Origin: a virus
Lineage: Duplodnaviria > Caudoviricetes
DNA: 50,488 nt
Reading direction: 5' to 3' (one strand)
IMG/VR virus record: IMGVR_UViG_3300023181_000038
Location: 1 to 50,488 of that record
In this document: one piece after another, positions 7,418-16,039 of the stretch
Numbering within the stretch: position 1 is the first letter of the stretch
Layout of the letters: every line of letters starts with the position of its first letter
Translations under genes and position numbers: made by a program
The notes under the pieces: model-generated
The model's input: only the letters and a program-made list of their open reading frames with translations
What the model was told of the DNA's origin: nothing
The model's database searches: none

Positions 7418-9269
7418 CGGGTAGTTTTATGGGTACGTGAATGGTAGATTTTACAGCAATGTTTTCAGGCGTTCGCTGGTAGAAGTCGATACCTCTCTTT
7501 CTTAGAGCGCATTCCATAGGGTCATTGTGCAGCGTTTCAAACCTTCGCGTTGCCCTCACGTAACGTAGTTCAACATACCCCGGCTTACCCACCGTCTTTT
7601 GCCGCCTGATTTTCTTTGAGTGCAATTCGCAAAGCGGATCGTCTGGATTAGTGGCAATGAATGGGCGATGATACACAAGCAAATTGTCTAGCTTATTCTG
7701 CCACATCGCTCCGTCTGCAAGGTCGTAACGGTCAGGGCAGGGGTAATTCCCTGTCGAATCCTTACCTGATGGCGCTTTTGGGTGAGCAAGGATAAAGAAC
7801 ATGATTTGATGAGCCTGAGCAAAACGGGCAAAAGAGCTTAGCACTTTCTCCAAATACTTATCGGAACGCGCGCCATAATCGTTATCCATCTGGTTAAATG
7901 GATCAATGCAAACTCCGTCTACCTTTTCTTTCACAATCATCTCCAAAAAGCGCTCATTCACATAATCAGGCGTTGGGCTGTCATTTTGAGGATAGAGGTA
8001 AAAAATGTGCTTTGCTATCCAATCGTAAGCCCTATCGTAAATTTCGGTTGATGGCCTGTTGGGGTTTGTTGGCGTGCAGTCGGCACCCAATAGCATTTCA
8101 ACAAAATCATGATAATATTCTGCTGCGGGGTTATCCTCCGGCGCGAAAGAGCAAAACTTTTCTCCGTACAGGATACAGCGCATGAGCATGTACCACTTTA
8201 TCAGGGCGCTTTTTCCTACGTTGCCATATCCGGTTAGCCCTGACAATTCCCCCCGTTTCGCCTTCCAAACCTTATCAATGAAAGCGTCATCAATTCCGGA
8301 AATGGAATCGTACCCGTTAGAGTGGATCTTCAAAGCATCTGATTTGACTTCATGCGCGTAAATAACATCCCTCCCTGGTTCATCTTCGTTGAACTCTGGA
8401 ATGTCTTTGTAGTTGACTTTGTTCCGGCTTTTTATTTCGACAAGTTGATCTTTTTCAAAGCATACCGTCCCAAATGCGGGGCCGTTCTTTTTGTATGCGC
8501 TGCGAACACTGCTCATCATTTCCTTTGCGGTGAAATCAGCCGCGGTAGGGAATTCAATGCTTATCAACTCTCCCGCGCTGCGTGATTCGATCCCGTACCG
8601 GCAGCAAGCCCCCGCCAACGCAAAAATGAAATTGTTACGGCTGCCTGTTGAAAATGCGCCGCGCTTATTGCTGATCCATTTTAACAGCCGCGCAAATACT
8701 TCGCTATCCGAATCCGTTGCACTTACTCGCTCCGCTCTTTGTTCCGTGGTAAGCACTGCATTGTAAACCTGCGCATTGGGGTTTATGTAGATATGCGGAT
8801 CGTAAGATTCAAAGCAAAGCCTTTCTTCGTTTGCGCCAGAAGGGTCAGCGTCGGGGAAAGTCTCTCGCAGGGCTGCAAAGTGTTCCCGGTGTTTACTCCC
8901 GTCTGCTACGCGGATAAGCGCCTTTAAGCCATGCCCTGATGGAGATTGCCAGCAAGCATAGGTAAAGGGGAAATCACGCATAGCTGCCGCTGTTTCTCCA
9001 ACTTCCGGCAAATGGTCAAAGTCCAACACCAAAAAGCCTGAGTGCGTTGTGAGCGCCTTATCCCCCCTCTGTGCAAAGGTTCCTGCAAAGGCAACCGCCG
9101 GCAAAGTCTTTTTCAGTTGGTCAATGGTTGCTTTGTCCGTTGTTGCGCGGATCTGGTCAACGATTGATGCGCTCTTCCCGTCCTTAATCCGCGCCAATGC
9201 TTTGCTAACCGAAATGTGGTGCGGGTTCTTAGTGAAAATAGATTCGTAAATCGTTATATTATTTTCCAT
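7398..9269 (-). CDS. Primase-helicase: BT4734/VirE-N domain, PriCT-like domain, SF4 (DnaB/Twinkle-like) helicase
   Basis: LKKTLPAV.F.G.F...HSGFLVLDFDH...SPSGHGLK; GSRNNFIF; Walker A GYGNVGKS; IDPFN; LAHP. Confidence 0.9.
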   Translation of the reverse strand: MENNITIYESIFTKNPHHISVSKALARIKDGKSASIVDQIRATTDKATIDQLKKTLPAVAFAGTFAQRGDKALTTHSGFLVLDFDHLPEVGETAAAMRDFPFTYACWQSPSGHGLKALIRVADGSKHREHFAALRETFPDADPSGANEERLCFESYDPHIYINPNAQVYNAVLTTEQRAERVSATDSDSEVFARLLKWISNKRGAFSTGSRNNFIFALAGACCRYGIESRSAGELISIEFPTAADFTAKEMMSSVRSAYKKNGPAFGTVCFEKDQLVEIKSRNKVNYKDIPEFNEDEPGRDVIYAHEVKSDALKIHSNGYDSISGIDDAFIDKVWKAKRGELSGLTGYGNVGKSALIKWYMLMRCILYGEKFCSFAPEDNPAAEYYHDFVEMLLGADCTPTNPNRPSTEIYDRAYDWIAKHIFYLYPQNDSPTPDYVNERFLEMIVKEKVDGVCIDPFNQMDNDYGARSDKYLEKVLSSFARFAQAHQIMFFILAHPKAPSGKDSTGNYPCPDRYDLADGAMWQNKLDNLLVYHRPFIATNPDDPLCELHSKKIRRQKTVGKPGYVELRYVRATRRFETLHNDPMECALRKRGIDFYQRTPENIAVKSTIHVPIKLPDDFWKD

Positions 9270-10035
9270 TCTGTTTTGATTGATAGTCTAGCCATTCGGC
9301 TACTGTGGAGAAATCTTTTTCTGTCATTACGTGGGTAGATGTTCGGCGTGTAGGTTTTGACGCCTCTTTCTTCGATTCCCTTTCTGCGGCCCCTTGAGCC
9401 GTTTTGATAAACCCAACCGCCCACGCGGTCCATTTCATTATTGGCGAACCGTCTCGATAAAGCCATGCAGTCTCTTCATTTTTTAGAAAGAACGGCTCTG
9501 CTAAATCCTCGCGCCCATGAGTTGAAAAAAATACAAGCACTTGTTCCATTGTGGGGGCGTAAGATGGGCGGAAGATCTTTTCAATTTCTTTCGCGCCCGC
9601 GCTTTCTCTCTCTTCTTCTTTCTCTTCTTCTAATTCTTTACATTCTTGTTTGTAGGAACCCTCCGTGCCCGCTCCGCGCCCTTTGCCTGCCCCCACCGTG
9701 CCCTTTGCCTGCCCCGTTTCTTGATAACTCTCATATTTACAGACAGTTAACCGTGTCGTTACAGTTACCGATTCTGTCTCAATCATGCCGTCACTTTTTA
9801 ATAGTTCAAAAAAGTTTCTTACGACTTTTACGGAGCATCGCCAGCTTTCTGCCCACCCCTGTAAGGACTTCACACATTGTCCTCTTTTGCATAAGACTAA
9901 CGTGCCCTTTAGAAGAACCTTGCGATCTTCATGGTTGGCCTCCATAAGGATGTCTACCCACCACTGAAAACGTTGGGGGTCTTTCCATAGCCAATGATCT
10001 TTTATCTGCCGGTGCAGTTTAATCCAACCGGCCAT
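9259..10035 (-). CDS. Replication initiator (lambda O/DnaD-like)
   Basis: MAGWIKLHRQI..HWLW...KRGQ...L...W; low-complexity linker with repeats; C-terminal PTMEQV...F...W. Confidence 0.85.
   Translation of the reverse strand: MAGWIKLHRQIKDHWLWKDPQRFQWWVDILMEANHEDRKVLLKGTLVLCKRGQCVKSLQGWAESWRCSVKVVRNFFELLKSDGMIETESVTVTTRLTVCKYESYQETGQAKGTVGAGKGRGAGTEGSYKQECKELEEEKEEERESAGAKEIEKIFRPSYAPTMEQVLVFFSTHGREDLAEPFFLKNEETAWLYRDGSPIMKWTAWAVGFIKTAQGAAERESKKEASKPTRRTSTHVMTEKDFSTVAEWLDYQSKQNGK
9661..9715. repeat. Iteron array, probable replication origin inside the initiator gene
   Basis: Five 11-bp units each containing YGCCC; 20-bp near-perfect repeats at 9674 and 9696. Confidence 0.7.
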
Positions 10036-10478
10036 TATGAACAAAAAATATTATCCCTGTTAGGGTGCGAAAGAACAGTTGAATCAGACAAGGCTTTTGT
10101 CACCTCGATTGGATTGTTGCCATGTGCTATGCCCAACATAGGCTCAACCAAGTTCCTTTCGGAGATAGCCCTGCACTTATGGATAAACGCATATCCGTCA
10201 AGAGCGTTCTTCATTTGATTGCACCAACGGCAAGCGGGTGCCAAATTTGATGGCATGTTCTTGCCTCCTGACGCCCGGCTATAAAAATGGTCAAGTTGCC
10301 ATGTGGAAGATTTTAGGTGGTCGTTGCAGTAAGCGCAGTGAAAATTGAAGCGCTCTAAGACCATCAATACGTCATGAGTAGTGATGTTATCTTCAAATCT
10401 CTTATTTGCGGTTACGGCCTTCGCAGTGCATTTGTAGACCCTTGCCATTGTGGTCTGATGCGGCGTGTAAAGTATCAT
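10035..10478 (-). CDS. HNH endonuclease
   Basis: CAYC...LDHFYSRASGGKN..SNLAPACRWCNQMK. Confidence 0.92.
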   Translation of the reverse strand: MILYTPHQTTMARVYKCTAKAVTANKRFEDNITTHDVLMVLERFNFHCAYCNDHLKSSTWQLDHFYSRASGGKNMPSNLAPACRWCNQMKNALDGYAFIHKCRAISERNLVEPMLGIAHGNNPIEVTKALSDSTVLSHPNRDNIFCS

Positions 10479-10479
10479 A

Positions 10480-10605
10480 AAATAGAGAAATCCTATGAGG
10501 CTTGCCCGGCAAAGCGCACCCCATAGGATTTAGTCATGAGTTAAATAAACGCCGGTTGCCGCCAGCAATTAACCCTACAATAAGTTTCTCCGCTATTGCG
10601 GAATA
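10480..10605 (-). ncRNA. Structured leader RNA with loop-loop complementarity (putative attenuator)
   Basis: Hairpins at 10589-10602, 10538-10575 (loop CGGCAA) and 10488-10531 (13-bp stem, loop contains TTGCCG). Confidence 0.6.
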
Positions 10606-10623
10606 GACTGCAAATTACGGTGA

Positions 10624-10839
10624 TTAATCCGCTTTGTCAACTTTCTTGCTACCGAAGGTAATTTCTAGTGCAGCAAAAATGCAAACAAGAAAGGCAATAA
10701 ATGAAATGACGCCAAAGAACCCTCTTTCTTCTCCGCCCCAATCGCGCGGATTTAGGCTAACGGTTTGTATTGAGCAAGCCATCCACAGAACGAGAATAAC
10801 AGAGAAATAAACGGCAACGCATTTTATAATGATCTTCAT
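10624..10839 (-). CDS. Two-TM membrane protein
   Basis: Two hydrophobic segments flanking SLNPRDW. Confidence 0.75.
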   Translation of the reverse strand: MKIIIKCVAVYFSVILVLWMACSIQTVSLNPRDWGGEERGFFGVISFIAFLVCIFAALEITFGSKKVDKAD

Positions 10840-11111
10840 GATTTAGGTGGAATTATTTTAGTAACGGTTCGTGTTTTACCGATCTGTTCGGTGACTATCT
10901 GCGCGCATGGCATTCTGAATACTATGCTTAACGCCTCCATAATCTGCAATAACTCCGGCACAGTAGGCCAATGCTTACCGGCCTCTATCATATGCATTCT
11001 GTGGCTTGTGACGCCAATGTAGGCGGCTAATGTATTCTGCCGGAGATTCAATGTCTTGCGCATGGATTTGATCTGATCGCCGATGTAGGCGAGTTGGTCG
11101 GATTGGGTCAT
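10836..11111 (-). CDS. XRE-family HTH regulator
   Basis: IGDQIKSMRKTLNLRQNTLAAYIGVT...IEAGKHWP. Confidence 0.9.
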   Translation of the reverse strand: MTQSDQLAYIGDQIKSMRKTLNLRQNTLAAYIGVTSHRMHMIEAGKHWPTVPELLQIMEALSIVFRMPCAQIVTEQIGKTRTVTKIIPPKS

Positions 11112-11341
11112 GCTGTCCAGCGGTCTAAAACTTCACGAACTGCATCTTTAATAGGTCTGCCGTCAATGATGCAGGCGTCGCTATTCATAAGAGTTTCAAT
11201 TTGCTTAAACTCTTTATCCTGCATGGCTTTTAGGCGTTCTACAATATTGGCATAAGACTGCCGCGAATGTTCGATAAGAGCCATTACTTCGGGGTGTTGA
11301 ATCAATTCAGGTGAATCGACAAATATTTCTACTAATTTCAT
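11108..11341 (-). CDS. Hypothetical protein
   Basis: ATGA-coupled. Confidence 0.7.
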   Translation of the reverse strand: MKLVEIFVDSPELIQHPEVMALIEHSRQSYANIVERLKAMQDKEFKQIETLMNSDACIIDGRPIKDAVREVLDRWTA

Positions 11342-11355
11342 AATTTTTTAATTTT

Positions 11356-11505
11356 TTATTGATGTACCGGGAAATTTTCGTTTGTCTTTTGATGTTGGAC
11401 TATTGCTACCTCTCCCATTAAAAAGAGTATGGTTACTCTGTCTCCTGCTTTGCCGTACATGGCTTTCTTTGGACTCAGGGCGGGCGTGGTGAGGGTGGCA
11501 GTCAT
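11356..11505 (-). CDS. Small hypothetical protein, SH3-like (not in ORF track)
   Basis: 49 aa: MTATLTTPALSPKKAMYGKAGDRVTILFLMGEVAIVQHQKTNENFPVHQ. Confidence 0.55.
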   Translation of the reverse strand: MTATLTTPALSPKKAMYGKAGDRVTILFLMGEVAIVQHQKTNENFPVHQ

Positions 11506-11524
11506 GCGATTGATGTGATCATTG

Positions 11525-11701
11525 TTATCGTCGCTTTTTTGTTAATTCAAGGATGTGAAGGAGTATTGCGCATACACTTGCGGAAAGCATTACAAGGCAG
11601 ACGAAGGGGTTGTCATGCCCTCGCACGAGTTCATGAATGGAACTGGAGAAAATGACTGTTGCAAGTATGAGCAGCAACACTGTTGGAGTTCGGCTTCTCA
11701 T
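11525..11701 (-). CDS. Small two-TM protein (not in ORF track)
   Basis: 58 aa, MRSRTPTVLLLILATVIF...AILLHILELTKKRR; ATGA-coupled to the methyltransferase. Confidence 0.65.
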   Translation of the reverse strand: MRSRTPTVLLLILATVIFSSSIHELVRGHDNPFVCLVMLSASVCAILLHILELTKKRR

Positions 11702-12363
11702 TGAAAAAGGCTTTGCTGCTGAATGGCGAGTTCAAATCGCTTTTCTGACGCCGCGAAGTATTCAGGGTCTAATTCGTAGCCGGTAAAGTCAAATCCCATC
11801 TGATGTGCCGCAATCCGGCTGCTGCCGCTGCCTAAGTGGCTGTCAAGAATTGTGTCACCGGATTGCGCATATTTGTCAAGTAACCATCTGTATAATGCGA
11901 CTGGCTTTTGCGTCGGGTGTATCTTTCTTTCGCCTTCAGGATTGTTTAGATATCCAAACCCGATCCAGTCGTATTTAAACTTTCTTACCGCAGTGCTGAA
12001 AGAGGTCCATGCCAATTCGCAATCGGCGAAGTCTGATCCATCGTTGCTTTTCTTGTCCCAAACGATGAAGCATGGCGTGGGCTGCAAGTGCCCTATGAAA
12101 TAGTTGCCTCCCCAAATAATTTGGTTTTTGCTAACGCGCTGCAGTTCTCTGAAGTATTCTTCGGTCGGTATATCATTGTCCCAATCCTTGGCAGAATAGG
12201 CAGCGGATTTCAGCCCTTTAGCTCTCGCTTGACCTCCCTCTCGCTTCTTACCGCCATGCTCTCCTATGCCGTATGGAGGGTCTACTATCGCAAGATCAAA
12301 AGCCTTATCCGGCATCAGCCGCATTGCCGCTAAGCAATCCTCATTAAATACTTCGCTTTTCAT
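11698..12363 (-). CDS. Orphan beta-class N6-A/N4-C DNA methyltransferase
   Basis: DPPY motif IV precedes HPTQKP and the SAM motif DSHLGSGS; start MKSEVF. Confidence 0.93.
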   Translation of the reverse strand: MKSEVFNEDCLAAMRLMPDKAFDLAIVDPPYGIGEHGGKKREGGQARAKGLKSAAYSAKDWDNDIPTEEYFRELQRVSKNQIIWGGNYFIGHLQPTPCFIVWDKKSNDGSDFADCELAWTSFSTAVRKFKYDWIGFGYLNNPEGERKIHPTQKPVALYRWLLDKYAQSGDTILDSHLGSGSSRIAAHQMGFDFTGYELDPEYFAASEKRFELAIQQQSLFQ

Positions 12364-12385
12364 ATAGCTATTTCTATTTTGAATT

Positions 12386-12466
12386 AAAACCGGGGGCAGC
12401 CCAATCCCGACTAAAAACCCACCACCCCCGGCGTCCAACGTCAGATTTAGGCCCTCCGTTGACACG
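12386..12466 (-). promoter_or_regulatory. Two-hairpin leader/attenuator upstream of the methyltransferase
   Basis: Stems 12432-12466 and 12390-12431, followed by TTTT. Confidence 0.45.
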
Positions 12467-12479
12467 GGCACTGTGAGAG

Positions 12480-12818
12480 TCATGCGGCCGCCACTTTGTT
12501 CTGAGAAATGATCTCTGTGATTGCGTCTACGTTCTTCACATTCATTACGGTGTCCAAAAGGAGCAGCACATCCTGCACATGCTCACCGTTCAATTCTGTG
12601 TAGATCATGCGCCAATTCTCGTCGTTGCCGGCATGCATGAAGGCTCTGTGCCTGCTGTTTTCAGTTAGCCGCTTCATGGCGTTCTGAATGTTCTTGATCT
12701 CCGCTTTCATATTTGAAGGGGTGGCGTTGTCCATCGCAAGCCAATCCAGCGATGCGCCAAAAATCTTTTGCAGATACAGCACACGGCGGAATGATGTTAC
12801 AAATGTTTGATGGCTCAT
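12480..12818 (-). CDS. Hypothetical protein
   Basis: TAATG-coupled, 112 aa. Confidence 0.75.
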   Translation of the reverse strand: MSHQTFVTSFRRVLYLQKIFGASLDWLAMDNATPSNMKAEIKNIQNAMKRLTENSRHRAFMHAGNDENWRMIYTELNGEHVQDVLLLLDTVMNVKNVDAITEIISQNKVAAA

Positions 12819-13591
12819 TAGTATTCTTTACCCTCCACTATGATTTTACAAGCTGATTCTTTCTCAAAAAAGGAAGGATATTTTTCTGCCGCATGCTCAC
12901 GGCACTTTTTTACCTTTTCGTAAATTTTTTGAATGGCGTCTTCATCACGCGGAATTTCAATGATGATGTTTCTTTCACTCAGCGATATGTCTGTGTAGAT
13001 CATATTCCGCTCCAATTCATCGCATGCTTCTAAATACTCTGGTGATTCGGTAGACAAGCATGCCATTTTGTACATTAGGCGGCGTTTTTCGTCCTCAATT
13101 AGTGTCAAAGGAGTGTCGATAAGGCAATATGCCAGATAAGCCTTCTTTGCGCCTGTTAGGGCCATGTACCCCATTAGTTGCCAGTAATAGGCGGTGCTTA
13201 ATTTGCTTTCGTGTTGCCGGAAGAAAGTGAAGATGTCCCAGCTGCTTTTCACATCGTGGACAATTTCCGCGTTGTTGATTGATTCGCCTTCATAAAGGTC
13301 AGGCGTCCCGATGATAAATTCATTGCCAATGCGCTCTTCGTTTTTTCGGTAGAACTTTTTAGTAACGCGGCTGTAAAGGGTAATGCTATCCTCTTCGACC
13401 ATTAAACCTTTATTGGTGTACCGATTGGCAATGTCGGGGTAACGCTTATACCTGGCACTTACCATAACGTCCGAAAGGTGCCCTTTCGCAGTCTCGGACA
13501 ATAGCCCCGCGTCCTTCGCTGCTTTCTCCTTTGGGGCGGTCATAATAAGCCCTAACGAACTACATCTGATTTTTATATCTTCCGGCTTCAT
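12818..13591 (-). CDS. YqaJ/lambda-exonuclease-like PD-(D/E)XK nuclease
   Basis: IRCSSLG...KG...EE...GTPD...DVKSSWD...YYWQLMGYMALTG. Confidence 0.85.
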   Translation of the reverse strand: MKPEDIKIRCSSLGLIMTAPKEKAAKDAGLLSETAKGHLSDVMVSARYKRYPDIANRYTNKGLMVEEDSITLYSRVTKKFYRKNEERIGNEFIIGTPDLYEGESINNAEIVHDVKSSWDIFTFFRQHESKLSTAYYWQLMGYMALTGAKKAYLAYCLIDTPLTLIEDEKRRLMYKMACLSTESPEYLEACDELERNMIYTDISLSERNIIIEIPRDEDAIQKIYEKVKKCREHAAEKYPSFFEKESACKIIVEGKEY

Positions 13592-14640
13592 CCTCTGATT
13601 TGTTTTTGCTTGGATTCGTAAAGATCAATTTGTGTCTGCGTTGTAATTGCAGGCCAGATTGCTTTTAAATCATCAATGCTCACCGCATCTTGAATCATCA
13701 ACCTGATTCGTTCGTCTGTTTTGTCAATTGCTGCCGGATCTTCATTGGCTTGCGTGGCCTGACGTTCGTATTCCTCAGCGGACGCTTTGCAAAGGTCTTT
13801 GTGGGCCAGCAATAGCGGTTGTAGGGGCTTTGGTACGGACTGCCATATTTTACCCACCGCCGCAACGCCAAGCTCACAAGCCATTTGCATTTCAGATTTA
13901 AGGCGAGTCACTCCCGCATCTTCCTTTTCTCCGGTATTGATCCAATCAATAATCTGCTTGCCGGTATTGACGCCAAGATAATTCTTACCCTCCCCAAAGG
14001 CAGGCAATAGAAAAGAAGGCACCTTTAAAAATTGCTGATTACGACCTGAATTTTCCATAAGCAAGGAGGCAGTCATTTCAAACATGAAGTTCTTTTCCTG
14101 CACCGGCTGTAATCCTTGAGGAATGAACTCATCCCTGCCGTTTACCTTTTCAATCTTGATCTTATCACGCGCTCTGATGCAGCAGATGATGTGCATGTTG
14201 CATTGCAGCAGGGTGTTCATGAATCGCTTGTGTTCACGCTTTGCGCCCGCCCAATTCGCAACTTTCCGAGGTTGTCCGTTGGCCGTTGGTGCGTTCGCAA
14301 TGTCATCACAACCGCCTTCGCCTTCCCATTCGTGGGTCACGGAGTCAATAACAAGCACTTCAACGCCTGCATCCTGGAACTCTTTTATTGCTGCGCTGTA
14401 TCGGGATGGGGAGAATGGCGGGAACAGATCCGCGATCATAAAAGGCGCGTCCAATATGTCAGCGTAGAGGGAGCCGCGCTTATTCTCTGTGTCGAGAAAC
14501 CCGATTTTAGAAGTATGTCCAACCATGCCCCGTGCTATTTGCAGGGCGGTGTATGTCTTACCGGAACCGGACACCCCGGCTATCCCGATTATTGCTTTTG
14601 ATTCGCCGCGCTTAGCGGGTCTGATGTTTAGTATACCCAT
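13588..14640 (-). CDS. Sak4-like AAA ATPase (recombinase/annealase)
   Basis: GVSGSGKT, DTEN, VIDSVTHEW, HII.C.R. Confidence 0.85.
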   Translation of the reverse strand: MGILNIRPAKRGESKAIIGIAGVSGSGKTYTALQIARGMVGHTSKIGFLDTENKRGSLYADILDAPFMIADLFPPFSPSRYSAAIKEFQDAGVEVLVIDSVTHEWEGEGGCDDIANAPTANGQPRKVANWAGAKREHKRFMNTLLQCNMHIICCIRARDKIKIEKVNGRDEFIPQGLQPVQEKNFMFEMTASLLMENSGRNQQFLKVPSFLLPAFGEGKNYLGVNTGKQIIDWINTGEKEDAGVTRLKSEMQMACELGVAAVGKIWQSVPKPLQPLLLAHKDLCKASAEEYERQATQANEDPAAIDKTDERIRLMIQDAVSIDDLKAIWPAITTQTQIDLYESKQKQIRG

Positions 14641-14750
14641 GTTGTTTTTTAAGGTCGTTTAAGTAATCTGCGGCGGTCCCATTTCGGGCAAAGTGTGCCG
14701 GCAAATCGAATGGTAAAAAAGGTGCCTGTGTAAAGAAGAAATGTTGACAT

Positions 14751-14936
14751 TTAGTCCAATGTGGCTTCGTCATCAAAAAGAAGTTCCGCGGTGCCATCTC
14801 CCAATGCGGCCCAATCTTTTACATTTTCAATAGTCAGCCCATCCCATGCTTTTTCTAAGGCTTCGTCTTCGGATTCAGCTTCAACTTGCATTGCCATTCT
14901 CCCCTTCATTTGATATTCTACTATATAGGTCTTCAT
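14751..14936 (-). CDS. Small acidic hypothetical protein
   Basis: VEAESEDEALEKA motif. Confidence 0.7.
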   Translation of the reverse strand: MKTYIVEYQMKGRMAMQVEAESEDEALEKAWDGLTIENVKDWAALGDGTAELLFDDEATLD

Positions 14937-15037
14937 GGTTGGTGATCTTGTTTTTGCTGGTTAGAAGTGTGGATGATGAATTGATGTATAAGAAACAAAG
15001 CGGCAATAAATGAACCGGCTAAGAGGACGTAGTGCAT
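14933..15037 (-). CDS. Single-TM microprotein (not in ORF track)
   Basis: 34 aa, MHYVLLAGSFIAALFLIHQFII...; ATGA overlap with the next gene. Confidence 0.5.
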   Translation of the reverse strand: MHYVLLAGSFIAALFLIHQFIIHTSNQQKQDHQP

Positions 15038-15273
15038 GGGTGGAGGATGTTTGGTTTTTCTTCCGGCTTGTAAGAATCGAGAAGAATATCGTTAAGTGAA
15101 AACGTAAATGTGTATGGAAACCCTTCTATTATCTTGGCGAAGTCGCGCAATGCCGCGATATAATCCTGATTCCTGTACTCGCCGGCCATACTCCCTCGAT
15201 TTCGTGCGTCAAAACATCTCTGTTTCGCTGCGTTGGCCAGATTCAATATGGCGTCTTGTTGCTCCGTAGTCAT
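15019..15273 (-). CDS. Hypothetical protein
   Basis: 84-aa ORF within the operon. Confidence 0.65.
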   Translation of the reverse strand: MTTEQQDAILNLANAAKQRCFDARNRGSMAGEYRNQDYIAALRDFAKIIEGFPYTFTFSLNDILLDSYKPEEKPNILHPCTTSS

Positions 15274-15401
15274 GGCGTATTGGTGGGTTTTAAAGATTTA
15301 GTTGCTTCTAGGTGTTCTTCTGTTGATTCATTAGGGAGGTAAGAGATAGCGCGTTCATCCTCTATCGCTTCGTCTGATTCGCTGAGGTCGTAGTCTCTCA
15401 T
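15270..15401 (-). CDS. Small acidic protein
   Basis: 43 aa from MRDYDL; ATGA overlaps at both ends. Confidence 0.55.
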   Translation of the reverse strand: MRDYDLSESDEAIEDERAISYLPNESTEEHLEATKSLKPTNTP

Positions 15402-15805
15402 GGCTGCGGCAGGAGTTCTGGATTCTCGTAGATGTTGCCTATCAAAACTCCATGCAGGAGTAAAGAACATTGACGTAATGGTTGCTGGTGCCCGCGCCAA
15501 TTACGAGTCCCGATAACTACCCATTGATCGTACGGCATTGCAACGGTTCCTATCAGTCGAACTTCCTTTGGCCCATCTTTTAACCCTGTAGAAATCCGCG
15601 TCTTGATTATGTCGCCTTCATACACTTCTTTGCCGTTCTTATCTTTCAGGCCGGTGTACTGCATGATGGCTGGCTTCTCATCATCGTTGTGATTGTCCAT
15701 CGGAAACCAAAGCCCATTGTCACATACCTGCAACTCATCAGCCATTATCATTCGTGGCCCCTCTGGACTTTCGGCGTCCCAAAGGCGGAATTTTATCTCT
15801 CTCAT
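15398..15805 (-). CDS. YopX-family protein (second paralogue)
   Basis: MREIKFRLWD...MQYTGLKDKNGKEVYEGDI...IGNIYENPELL. Confidence 0.92.
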   Translation of the reverse strand: MREIKFRLWDAESPEGPRMIMADELQVCDNGLWFPMDNHNDDEKPAIMQYTGLKDKNGKEVYEGDIIKTRISTGLKDGPKEVRLIGTVAMPYDQWVVIGTRNWRGHQQPLRQCSLLLHGVLIGNIYENPELLPQP

Positions 15806-16014
15806 GGCTGAACAGTTAAGGCACCATTAGAAATAAGCTCGGCTATGATGGCGGCGCGTTCCTCACGGAGAGAAATCGAAGGCTCATCTGTTGTGGCTTC
15901 ATGCTTTACTTGCGCAACAATATTTGATATTGCCTTGCGCCAAAATCTATTGCCGGGACAGGCCAAAGAAATGGCCTGCAATTTGGCGTAGTCTATTGTT
16001 TTTTGATCTTCCAT
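15802..16014 (-). CDS. Hypothetical protein
   Basis: ATGA-coupled. Confidence 0.65.
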   Translation of the reverse strand: MEDQKTIDYAKLQAISLACPGNRFWRKAISNIVAQVKHEATTDEPSISLREERAAIIAELISNGALTVQP

Positions 16015-16039
16015 TTTGTTTGGTTGCGTTTAAAATTGG

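Noticed and set aside
10035-10605. HEARO/OMEGA-type RNA-guided HNH system
   Set aside because: The HNH is small with no RuvC or PLMP motifs, the RNA is only about 125 nt, and the same RNA architecture occurs away from any HNH gene
12364-12483. N-terminal extension of the methyltransferase in the ORF track
   Set aside because: It runs through GC-rich hairpins; the family-typical start is MKSEVF at 12363
5100-15440. Shared TCGTAGATGTTGCC sequence near 5116 and 15426 as a recombination repeat
   Set aside because: Explained by the conserved GNIYENPEL motif of two YopX paralogues
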